Source: Nanobdellota archaeon
Lineage (GTDB): Archaea > Aenigmatarchaeota > Aenigmatarchaeia > QMZP01
Length of the DNA: 12,517 bases
Assembly (NCBI GenBank): GCA_043814765.1
Contig: JBDRJQ010000026.1
Span: 1 to 12,517 of the forward strand
Direction: 5' to 3'
The position numbers were made by a program, and so were the translations under genes. Shown here one piece after another: positions 1 to 7,842 of the stretch. Position 1 is the stretch's first letter, and every line of letters starts with the position of its first letter. The notes below the pieces were generated by a model, which was not told the DNA's origin, did no database searches, and saw only the letters and a list, made by a program, of their open reading frames with translations.

Positions 1-549
1 GATTACTCATTAAAAGAAAAGCGTGACTGGTCAACAGTCAGATTCCTTTTTGCAGGAAGATTGGAGGAAATAAAGGGATTAAAATATCTTTTGGACTCTT
101 TCAAGAAAATATCCAACACCTATAACAATTGCGAGCTTTGGATTGCCGGCGACGGCACAATGAGAGAGTATGTCAAAAATTTCATCAACGAAAACAGACT
201 CGGCAATAAGATAGTTTTCCTTGGATGGAGAACAGACATTCCTGCACTTCTGCATAAAACAGATGTATTTGTTTTGCCTTCATGGGAACACGGTCAACCT
301 GTGGCTCTTTTAGAAGCATTTGCTTCTGGCAAAATAATTTTAACATCACTTGATTTCATAACAGACGGTAAAGACGGAATAAAGGTAAAACCAAACGATA
401 CAGATGACCTTTATCAGAAGATGGTGAATATTACAAAAAATTTTAAAAAATATAGCAATTTGAGTCAAGGTGCAAAAACAACAGCTAAATTTTTTGCATG
501 GGAAAGGGTAGTTAAACAGTTTGTTAAAGAATATAAGAGAGCGTTGTGA
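1..549 (+). CDS. GT4 family (GT-B, Glycos_transf_1) glycosyltransferase, 5'-truncated by window edge
   Basis: Frame 1 is open from base 1 (DYSLKEKRDWSTVRFLFAGRLEEIKGLKYLL...), so TTG at 61 is not the real start. GT4 C-terminal motifs present: FAGRLxxxKG, LWIAGDG, FLGWRTDI, DVFVLPS...LLEAFASG. Stop TGA at 547-549. Confidence 0.93.
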   Translation, partial: DYSLKEKRDWSTVRFLFAGRLEEIKGLKYLLDSFKKISNTYNNCELWIAGDGTMREYVKNFINENRLGNKIVFLGWRTDIPALLHKTDVFVLPSWEHGQPVALLEAFASGKIILTSLDFITDGKDGIKVKPNDTDDLYQKMVNITKNFKKYSNLSQGAKTTAKFFAWERVVKQFVKEYKRAL

Positions 550-553
550 TGCT

Positions 554-1951
554 ATGAGAATTCTATTCGTTTACCCAAACCTGATGCGAGAAGAATACAT
601 ACCACTAGGATTAGCTTCAATTGCTGCTTATGTCAAGAAACACGGACATGATACATTCTTGATGGATTATACTTGGGGTGGAACAGAAAAAGACTGCATA
701 AAAAAGGTTAAGGAAGTGAGCCCAGACGTTGTCGGCTTCTCACTTAGAAGCGGAGAGTTTAATTTTTCGCTATCAATCGCGAAAGAAATAAAGAAGCAGT
801 TTCCAGAAACTATAATATTGTTTGGTGGTATTCACCCAACAGTTGATCCTGAAGGAACAATTAAGCAAGGACCAGTTGACGCTATAATTCAAGGAGAAGG
901 CGAAGCAGCTCTTGTAGAGCTTTTGAATAAGCTGAATGAAAAAAAGGATTATTCTAAAGTCAAAAATCTCTGGATAAAGAAAAATGGTAAAGTTTACAGA
1001 AATCCTGTAAGGCCTCTTATAGATAATCTGGACGAACTGCCATTTCCAGACAGAAACTTGTTTGGTTTTAAACGCTATCTCAATGCCCGTTCTGGTACAG
1101 CTGATATAATAGCTGGACGAGGCTGTCCTTTTTTATGCACTTATTGCATAAACCATATTTCACAAAAAATGTACAAAGATAAAGGCACGTATACTAGAAT
1201 GCGCTCTCCTGAGAATGTTATCAAAGAGTTGGTGATGTTGAAAAGAGATTATGGAATAAAGTTTGTTGCATTCGAAGATGACACGTTTACATATTCTAAA
1301 GACTGGATGCGCAAATTCTCTAAGCTCTATGTGAAAGAAATAAAACTTCCATGCAGCTGCAATGCACGTCCAGAAACCATGGACGATGAAATGGCCAAGA
1401 TGTTGGGTGAAATGGGCTGCACAACACTCAACATGGGAATAGAATCCGGCAACGAAAAAATAAGACGCGAAGTTCTGAAGCGCTTCAACACAAACGAGCA
1501 GATAATAGCAGCTTTCCAGGCTGCAAAAAAACACGGGCTGAAAACATATTCCTATAACATGGTTGGTCTTCCTTATGAAACAGAGCATAATATGTGGGAG
1601 ACGATTCATCTTAACAGAAAAGCAAAACCAGACGTGGTTGATGCTTCCATATTCCAGCCGTATCCAGGCACAGAGCTCCAAGCATTGTGTGAAAAAGAAG
1701 GCTGGATAAATGACATGTCCAAGCTTCCATTCTCACATAAATTCGTATCAATAATGAATTATCCAAATGTCTCAAACAGTGAAATCAAACGATGGAAGCG
1801 CCTGTTCCGTTTCCGTGTTCTGCGCAAAACTAACATGAAAAAAGCTGTAGCTTTGTTAATTCTAGACTGGAACTATGAATTTTTCATAAAAAACAGAGAC
1901 AAAATTCCAGGATTTGCAAAAGCAATGTTATACAGATTGTGGAGATTTTAA
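554..1951 (+). CDS. Cobalamin (B12)-binding domain radical SAM protein (class B methyltransferase-like)
   Basis: Likely start ATG at 554 (MRILFVYPN), 4 nt after the upstream stop. N-terminal B12-binding Rossmann motifs: PLGLASIAA, PDVVGFS, GGIHPT, GEGE. Also LDELPFPDR, CxxxCxxC (GRGCPFLCTYC), RSPENVIKE, FEDDTF, GIESGN, MVGLPYET and PYPGTEL. Confidence 0.93.
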   Translation: MRILFVYPNLMREEYIPLGLASIAAYVKKHGHDTFLMDYTWGGTEKDCIKKVKEVSPDVVGFSLRSGEFNFSLSIAKEIKKQFPETIILFGGIHPTVDPEGTIKQGPVDAIIQGEGEAALVELLNKLNEKKDYSKVKNLWIKKNGKVYRNPVRPLIDNLDELPFPDRNLFGFKRYLNARSGTADIIAGRGCPFLCTYCINHISQKMYKDKGTYTRMRSPENVIKELVMLKRDYGIKFVAFEDDTFTYSKDWMRKFSKLYVKEIKLPCSCNARPETMDDEMAKMLGEMGCTTLNMGIESGNEKIRREVLKRFNTNEQIIAAFQAAKKHGLKTYSYNMVGLPYETEHNMWETIHLNRKAKPDVVDASIFQPYPGTELQALCEKEGWINDMSKLPFSHKFVSIMNYPNVSNSEIKRWKRLFRFRVLRKTNMKKAVALLILDWNYEFFIKNRDKIPGFAKAMLYRLWRF

Positions 1952-1952
1952 A

Positions 1953-2330
1953 TTAAGCACTCAAAGCCTTTTCTATCGCCTTATTTAAATTTCTTGGAAA
2001 GGTTGCAAAACTGTGAGCATCTATTTCAGCAGGAATTGTATTATCATCAAAAGAAGCTCTCTCGCTTTCAAGAGTTATATCAAATTCTTTATAAAATTCT
2101 TCAGAGTTGCACACTACTACAATAGGTCCATCATATCCAATTTCTCTTAATTTTGGTATTGTTTGATCAGCCGCATAACCCAAAACAATGGTTTGATAAT
2201 CTCCAATTGTCACAGAATCAATAGCCTCAAAGGTGATAATATCTATTGGATAATTTTGACCTATACAATTATTGTATAAATCTCTCCATTTTTCAAGCGA
2301 TATTACCAAGATTTTCTTTTCTGTGTCCAT
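1953..2330 (-). CDS. Small protein (125 aa), probable degenerate CheY-like receiver (pseudo-receiver) domain
   Basis: The ORF exactly fills the gap between flanking genes and has its own TATA-like box. The pattern KKILVI...DYQTIVLG...KLRE.GYDGPIVVVC...FP.NLNKAIEKAL follows the beta1/beta3/alpha3-beta4/alpha5 layout of receivers, but the acidic residues are missing. The CDS itself is likely; the fold call is inference. Confidence 0.65.
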   Translation of the reverse strand: MDTEKKILVISLEKWRDLYNNCIGQNYPIDIITFEAIDSVTIGDYQTIVLGYAADQTIPKLREIGYDGPIVVVCNSEEFYKEFDITLESERASFDDNTIPAEIDAHSFATFPRNLNKAIEKALSA

Positions 2331-2352
2331 TTGATAAAATTAAAACCTATTC

Positions 2353-2375
2353 TTTTAAAGTTAAGTCTATTTAAA
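2353..2375. promoter_or_regulatory. Back-to-back archaeal-type TATA boxes of a divergent promoter
   Basis: On the - strand, TTTAAAA (2353-2359) lies 22 nt before the ATG at 2330. On the + strand, TATTTAAA (2368-2375) lies 23 nt before the ATG at 2399. Confidence 0.55.
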
Positions 2376-2398
2376 CCCAAAACAGACACAAATTAACT

Positions 2399-3667
2399 AT
2401 GAAATGGATTACCGGTTTGATATTATGGTTTTATGCAAAGTTCTTCGGAGAACCGAACGAACGCGTTGAGCGCTTTGTTAATAATCTTGGTATATTTGGT
2501 TTGGGATTTGTTCTGGCGAAAGTGTTCTCACTTGGATTTCAGATATATGTAGGACGCACATTAGGACCAGCTGTTTACGGTGATTTATCACTGATAATAG
2601 CGATGGCTGGATTGTTTTTCATACCAATGCTTTTCGGTATTGACACAGCAATGGTAAAATACGTCTCCAGTGAACAGAGCGAAAAGAAGAAGATAATAAG
2701 TTCTGGATTGCCGATTATAACAATATTCATAGTAGCATCGGTTACTGTTTTGTGGTTGTTAGGAGATTTCATAGCGCCTTTCTTTTCCGTGAGCTCTGAA
2801 ATATTTGTTTTAGCGATTATACTATCATTGGGCTACGCAGTATGGATAACATTCAAAGACATTTCACAGGGTCTTTTGCAGATAAAGAAGACAGCTCTCA
2901 TGGAGCTAGTCTGGGCAATAAGCTCTGTTGTACTGGTTTTTGCAGCATTCACATTATACAGTGCTGATATGTTCTATGCATTCTTAGCCATTTTCATTGG
3001 CTACATACTGGCTTCATTTGTCATGCTGCCTGAGATCATCAGAAACGTAAGAGTAAAATATGTTGACAGTGTTTGGGCAAAAAGACTCGTAAAATACGGT
3101 GCCTTCAGCCTTTTAGTAATGGTATCAGCCACAGTGCTGATAAACATGGACAAAGTTTTTGTTGGAATGTTTTTAGGTTCTGAAGCCGTTGGCATCTATA
3201 AAGCGTATTCACTCATGACTACAATGGTAACGCTTTCTCTATTGACTATATTCGCCACAGTGTTCTTCCCAGAATCCTCAATGCATGAAAATAAAAGTAA
3301 CGTGATGTCAAAACTCTGGAAGATTTTCAAGTTCCTGCCGATATACTATTTCGGAATGTTGTTTGTGGAATATTTGGTAGTTAATTTTGGATACGGTTAT
3401 TCGATTGATTTCATATACCTACTGATATTCCCACTAGCAGCTTGTGTAATGGTGCCGTTCACAATGAACAACTGGTTCGCCGCATCCATAGGACAGTCTG
3501 GAATAAAACTGTCATCTTATGCAATTCTATCAGCAGCAATAATCAACATAGTTCTTAACATTTACTTGATACCGATTTATGGAATAGAAGGAGCAATAAT
3601 ATCAACAATCATAGCATATTTCGTTCCAAACCTGTTCTTAATGCACAAATTGAAAAGCGTTTTATAA
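2399..3667 (+). CDS. Wzx/RfbX-type oligosaccharide flippase (MOP/polysaccharide biosynthesis family)
   Basis: About 12 hydrophobic segments. Motifs: RTLGPAVYG, FGIDTAMVKYVS, DKVFVGMFLGSEAVGIY, FFP, INIVLNIYLIPIYGIEGAIISTIIAY. Confidence 0.9.
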   Translation: MKWITGLILWFYAKFFGEPNERVERFVNNLGIFGLGFVLAKVFSLGFQIYVGRTLGPAVYGDLSLIIAMAGLFFIPMLFGIDTAMVKYVSSEQSEKKKIISSGLPIITIFIVASVTVLWLLGDFIAPFFSVSSEIFVLAIILSLGYAVWITFKDISQGLLQIKKTALMELVWAISSVVLVFAAFTLYSADMFYAFLAIFIGYILASFVMLPEIIRNVRVKYVDSVWAKRLVKYGAFSLLVMVSATVLINMDKVFVGMFLGSEAVGIYKAYSLMTTMVTLSLLTIFATVFFPESSMHENKSNVMSKLWKIFKFLPIYYFGMLFVEYLVVNFGYGYSIDFIYLLIFPLAACVMVPFTMNNWFAASIGQSGIKLSSYAILSAAIINIVLNIYLIPIYGIEGAIISTIIAYFVPNLFLMHKLKSVL

Positions 3668-3668
3668 A
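3661..3668 (+). promoter_or_regulatory. Putative TATA box TTTATAAA, overlapping the flippase stop codon
   Basis: Consensus-like archaeal TATA box 21 nt before the ATG at 3690, the same spacing as other genes in the window. Confidence 0.5.
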
Positions 3669-3689
3669 CTTTGTGTTTAATTTTGTAGT

Positions 3690-4559
3690 ATGAAAATTCT
3701 TATTACAGGCGGATCTGGTTTTGTAGGAAGGCATCTGATCAATAAGCTGAAAGAAGAGGGGCATGAAATACATGTTTTGGATATTGTTGACCCGAGCATA
3801 GAAGGTGTTGAATATCATGAAGCTGACATTTTGAATTATGGTTCTGTTAAAAAAGCAATGGATTATGACATAGATACAGTCTATCATCTGGCTGCACAAA
3901 TATCTTTGCCATTCTCTGTTCAGAATCCAGTAAAGGATTTTGAGCTCAATGTAAGAGGAACAGTTAACATTCTGGAAGCATGCAGGGAGCTCAAAATAAG
4001 GAAAATAGTCTTCGTGTCCACAGCAGCTGTGTATGGTGTACCCCAAGAAAACCCCATATCCGAGGACCATCCTAAGAGGCCCAATACCCCTTACGGAGCG
4101 AGCAAGCTTTCAGCTGAAAGCTATGTAAAGCTGTACTCTAAGCTCTATGGACTGACATACACGATTCTAAGGTTCTTTAACCTCTATGGACCAGGGGGAA
4201 AGGGGGTTGTTCCGATTTTTGTGAGCAAAGCTAAAAGTAGAGAACCGTTAACCTTTGTCGGTTCTGGCAACCAAATAAGGGATTTTTTATATGTGGATGA
4301 TGCCGCAAAGGCGCTTGTAATGGCGTTAAACAACTTGGACAATGACGATTTCAATGTCGGTTTTGGAAAAGAAACCACAATAAAACAAGTAGCTGAAGAA
4401 GTAAAAAATCAGATTGGTGCTGAGTTCATAAGTGTTGAACAAACAGCTGAAGAAGAATTATATCCTATAGCTAACATAGAAAAGATAAAATCTAAAGGTT
4501 TTGAACCTTCTGTATCATTATCAGAAGGAATAAAGAAAATCATTGAATACGGAGATTGA
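3690..4559 (+). CDS. NAD-dependent nucleotide-sugar epimerase/dehydratase (extended SDR, GalE-like)
   Basis: Motifs: TGGSGFVG (GxxGxxG), HLAA, NVRGTVNILEAC, STAAVYG, catalytic YGASK (YxxxK), LRFFNLYGPG, GNQIRDFLYVDD. Confidence 0.93.
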   Translation: MKILITGGSGFVGRHLINKLKEEGHEIHVLDIVDPSIEGVEYHEADILNYGSVKKAMDYDIDTVYHLAAQISLPFSVQNPVKDFELNVRGTVNILEACRELKIRKIVFVSTAAVYGVPQENPISEDHPKRPNTPYGASKLSAESYVKLYSKLYGLTYTILRFFNLYGPGGKGVVPIFVSKAKSREPLTFVGSGNQIRDFLYVDDAAKALVMALNNLDNDDFNVGFGKETTIKQVAEEVKNQIGAEFISVEQTAEEELYPIANIEKIKSKGFEPSVSLSEGIKKIIEYGD

Positions 4560-4560
4560 T

Positions 4561-5751
4561 ATGGAAAATAAACCGGCGATGGATGGCGGACAGCCTATAA
4601 GAGAAGAATTTTTACCATTCGGCAAGCCGACTGTCGGGGAAGAAGAGATAAACGAAATGATAGACACGCTGAAATCCGGCTGGCTTTCAATGGGACCAAA
4701 GACAATAAAGTTTGAAGAAAGGTTCAAAGAGTATGTCGGTTCAAATTTTGCAGTTTCATGCAATTCTTGTACAATGGCACTTTTCCTTTCATTACACGCT
4801 ATTGGTGTAAAGAAGGGGGATGAGGTTATACTTCCAACAACAACATTCGCATCTGCTGCAAATGTTGTTGTTCATTTAGGCGCAAAGCCTGTTTTTGTTG
4901 ACATAACAAGAAACACTTACAATATAGATCCAGAAAAGATTGAACAGGCAATTACAAAGAAAACAAAGGCAATAATGCCAATGCACTATGCTGGTCATGC
5001 AGCAGACATGGACAAAATAATGGATATTGCAAAAAAACATAGCATTCCTGTTGTAGAAGATGCTGCTCATGGAATAGGCACTCTATACAAAGGAAAGAAA
5101 ATTGGATCAGTAGGAGACTTTACATGCTTCTCATTCTACGCAACAAAAACAATGACAACAGGCGAAGGCGGAATGATAACAACCAACAACGAAGAAGCAG
5201 CAAACAGATTGAAAACACTGCGTTTACATGGAATAAGCTCAGACGCATGGAAAAGATATTCTGACAAGGGTTCATGGTATTATGAAGTTACAGAAGCAGG
5301 CTTCAAAGCAAACATGACTGACATGCAGGCTGCTCTGGGTTTGCACCAGTTAAACAAACTAGAAGGATTTATTGAAACTAGAAAGAAAAACGCAGATTAT
5401 TACACATCACGATTCTCAGAATTAGAAGAAATAACAACACCTAAAACATTAGAATACACAAGACACTCATGGTATATTTATCCAATTCTTGTAGACGGAC
5501 TGAAAATAAATAGAGACGAGTTCATAAAAGCCATGCGCGCTGAAAATATGGGAACAAGCGTTCACTTTATTCCACTGCATTTACAACCATTTTATCAAAA
5601 AACATTCGGCTACAAAAAAGGAGATTTTCCAAACGCAGAGGGGATATATGAAAGAATGGTTTCTTTGCCTTTCTTCTCACATATGACAGAAAAGGATACA
5701 GAAGATGTTGCAAACGCAGTTGAAAGGATAGTAAACTATTACAGAGGTTAA
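4561..5751 (+). CDS. DegT/DnrJ/EryC1/StrS family PLP-dependent sugar aminotransferase (SpsC/ArnB-like)
   Basis: Likely start ATG at 4561, 1 nt after the SDR stop. Motifs: SGWLSMGPK, GDEVI, PVFVD, EDAAH, FSFYATKTMTTGEGG (Schiff-base Lys), LHGISSDAWKRY...WYYEV...GFKANMTDMQAALG, SVHFIPLHLQPFY. Confidence 0.95.
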   Translation: MENKPAMDGGQPIREEFLPFGKPTVGEEEINEMIDTLKSGWLSMGPKTIKFEERFKEYVGSNFAVSCNSCTMALFLSLHAIGVKKGDEVILPTTTFASAANVVVHLGAKPVFVDITRNTYNIDPEKIEQAITKKTKAIMPMHYAGHAADMDKIMDIAKKHSIPVVEDAAHGIGTLYKGKKIGSVGDFTCFSFYATKTMTTGEGGMITTNNEEAANRLKTLRLHGISSDAWKRYSDKGSWYYEVTEAGFKANMTDMQAALGLHQLNKLEGFIETRKKNADYYTSRFSELEEITTPKTLEYTRHSWYIYPILVDGLKINRDEFIKAMRAENMGTSVHFIPLHLQPFYQKTFGYKKGDFPNAEGIYERMVSLPFFSHMTEKDTEDVANAVERIVNYYRG

Positions 5752-5752
5752 C

Positions 5753-6649
5753 ATGAAGAAAAACTATGCCATATCTAAAATTGCATCTTTGTCTCCAACA
5801 AACTTCATCAGAAGAGGAGTTTACAAAGGAGCAGGTTACAAAATAGGTAAAAATGTAAAGATAGCTCGAACAGCAAAAATTTTATGCAAAGAACTAGAGG
5901 TTGGTGATAATTCTAGAATATCGGATGGAGTTTTCATAGGTGCGCTGAAAAAAGTCAAGGTTGGTGAATTCTCTGAGATTTCTCAAAACGTAATGATTGA
6001 TGGGGATAATGTGTTGGAAATAGGAGACAACTGTTTTATCGGAAAAAGTTACCACATTAATGTTCGTGATAAAGTTACAATAGAAGATAATGTTGCTTTG
6101 GGAGGTTCTGGAGGACAGATATGGACGCATAGCACATGGCCTGAAGAACTGGAAGGACATATTTTAAATAAAATATCATCTGTTCATATCGGAAAAAATA
6201 CTTGGATAGGAACAAAATCAATAATACATCCTGGTGTAAAAATAGGAAGTGATTCTATAATTGGCTCAAACTCTCTTGTCACAAGAGATATTCCATCTGG
6301 AATGTTGGCACACGGCAATCCAGCAGTTCCTGTAAAACCCGTTTCTGAGTTCAAAAAAACCCTTGAAGGATGGGAGAAAGAGGAAATTCTTTTGAGAGTT
6401 GCACAAAGATTTGCTGATACTTATGGTGGGCAGTTTACAAAAACAAGAAATGGAATAATAATAAAAGACAAAAACGAAACAGTCATTGTAAGCATAACAG
6501 CGCTTCCTTCAGAAGAAAAAGCAAAACTAGATAATAAAACTGCTTATTTTGATCTTGAAACAAAGAGATGCTCAAAAAAGAACTTCACTTTAGAAAGAAA
6601 TTTCAGACGCTTCGCAAACTACTATTCTGCACGATTCAAATCTGAATAG
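5753..6649 (+). CDS. Hexapeptide-repeat (left-handed beta-helix) acyl/acetyltransferase with about 100 aa C-terminal extension
   Basis: Many [IV]GxxxxI repeats (IGKNVKI, VGDNSRI, IGDNCFI, IGKNTWIG, IGSDSIIG), a QIWTH His motif, and the terminal VTRDIP...HGNPA motif. It starts 1 nt after the aminotransferase stop. Confidence 0.88.
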   Translation: MKKNYAISKIASLSPTNFIRRGVYKGAGYKIGKNVKIARTAKILCKELEVGDNSRISDGVFIGALKKVKVGEFSEISQNVMIDGDNVLEIGDNCFIGKSYHINVRDKVTIEDNVALGGSGGQIWTHSTWPEELEGHILNKISSVHIGKNTWIGTKSIIHPGVKIGSDSIIGSNSLVTRDIPSGMLAHGNPAVPVKPVSEFKKTLEGWEKEEILLRVAQRFADTYGGQFTKTRNGIIIKDKNETVIVSITALPSEEKAKLDNKTAYFDLETKRCSKKNFTLERNFRRFANYYSARFKSE

Positions 6650-7806
6650 AATTTTAGATATTTCTTTGTGACGCTTTTCCAGCTCCAATTATCCACTATA
6701 AATTTCCTAGCGTTCTTACCAATGCGTTCACGAAGTTTTTTATCATTTAATAACAGCGTTATATATTCTCTCATCTTTTCAAAATCTCTAACCTTTGTTA
6801 TGTAGCCGTTTTCATTATTCTTTACAAGCTTACTCATAGAACCGGTATCAGTCGTGACGATAGGCTTTCCTACAGACATCGCTTCAGGTGCTATTTGTGA
6901 AACTCCACCTATGCTTACCAAAGGAAAGAAGCAGATATCTGCCATTCTGTAAGCATTCACTATTAGATCTCTTGGAACAGGACCAACTAGATTTACAGGA
7001 GCGTTGGTTTTTTCTATATGTTCTTTAACTTCATTAAACATTGGTCCACCACCAAACATATAAGATATAACGTTGTTATCTTTCAATGAATTTACAACAT
7101 CAACAAAATCGTTTGGTCCGTTTTCATAGTACAAAAGCCCTACGAAGACAATTACCTTTTTATTTCTAGGAACATCAAATCCTTTCTTTTTTAAAAATTT
7201 TACAAAGTCATTATCCAATTCTTTGTCCTTGAAAAAGTCAGTATCTATGCCATTAGTTATTGATACGATTTTGCTTGAATCAAATCCATGACTAACAAGC
7301 ACATCCTTCAAATCATCCCCATCCACAACGATTTTATCTGCTAGTTTAAATGAGATTCTCGATGCTGTCAGACTTAAGAAACTCTTCAATCCGCCTCTGC
7401 GAGCAGCTTCTTTGTATATGTTTCCGCCAAGATGCACGACAAGTTTTTTCCTTTTGAAGAGTTTTAGAATTACGCCTATAAGACCAGAAACTGTCGGTCC
7501 GTCACAGTGAATTATATTAGCGGATTTTATTTCAGGATCTATCCAAAGCTTGTACATCATTTTAGGAAATCTTTTCAAAGATCGTCCGTATTCTGAATAT
7601 CTTTCTTCAAAAACTTCTGTGGCGTATATCGGTCTTGTTTTGTAAGGAAGTTTGGAGTAATTAAAATTCTTGCTGGCGTTTGTCGGATGAACTGTAACTT
7701 CAATGCCACCAGCAGTGACGTTTCTAGCTATTTCGTGTGTCTGTGTAGGCGTTCCTCCCAGCTTGGGAAAAAACACACTCGCTATTAACGATACCTTGGG
7801 TTTCAT
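6622..7806 (-). CDS. GT4 family glycosyltransferase (GT-B)
   Basis: Motifs: N-terminal FFPKLGGT, ITNGIDTDFF, IVFVG, YRMADI, EAMSVGKPIVTTDTG, NGYI, RERIGKNARKFIVDNWSW. Confidence 0.92.
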   Translation of the reverse strand: MKPKVSLIASVFFPKLGGTPTQTHEIARNVTAGGIEVTVHPTNASKNFNYSKLPYKTRPIYATEVFEERYSEYGRSLKRFPKMMYKLWIDPEIKSANIIHCDGPTVSGLIGVILKLFKRKKLVVHLGGNIYKEAARRGGLKSFLSLTASRISFKLADKIVVDGDDLKDVLVSHGFDSSKIVSITNGIDTDFFKDKELDNDFVKFLKKKGFDVPRNKKVIVFVGLLYYENGPNDFVDVVNSLKDNNVISYMFGGGPMFNEVKEHIEKTNAPVNLVGPVPRDLIVNAYRMADICFFPLVSIGGVSQIAPEAMSVGKPIVTTDTGSMSKLVKNNENGYITKVRDFEKMREYITLLLNDKKLRERIGKNARKFIVDNWSWKSVTKKYLKFYSDLNRAE

Positions 7807-7807
7807 A

Positions 7808-7842
7808 AAAGATACATGGCTGATGTATTTTTAAGTTTTCTC
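7808..7842 (-). promoter_or_regulatory. Putative BRE/TATA (GAGAAAAC-TTAAAAAT) with overlapping inverted repeat ATACAT-N5-ATGTAT
   Basis: The TATA-like box at 7827-7834 lies 20 nt before the ATG at 7806. The inverted repeat arms are 7812-7817 and 7823-7828, extendable to 7808-7832 with one G-T mismatch. Confidence 0.45.

Noticed and set aside
521..553. TTG start at 521 for the B12 radical SAM (likewise 4543 for the aminotransferase and 10473 for the GT-C)
   Set aside because: ATGs at 554 and 4561 avoid overlaps and match family N-termini. ATG 10425 fits the TATA spacing.
1160..1681. 173 aa - strand ORF
   Set aside because: Fully antisense to the well-supported B12 radical SAM gene and has no recognisable motifs; a shadow ORF.
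4194..4206. Two G5 tracts (GGGGGAAAGGGGG) as a phase-variation or G-quadruplex site
   Set aside because: The tracts are too short and simply encode PGGKGV in an intact frame.
4561..5751. Assigning a specific symbol (arnB, pseC, spsC)
   Set aside because: The family is clear, but substrate specificity cannot be read from motifs, and cognate partners (ArnA/ArnD, PseB) are not in the window.
2575..6160. Short antisense ORFs (2575-2772, 3001-3195, 3609-4070, 4184-4378, 4521-4763, 4876-5070, 5894-6160)
   Set aside because: All lie opposite strongly supported genes and lack protein-family features.
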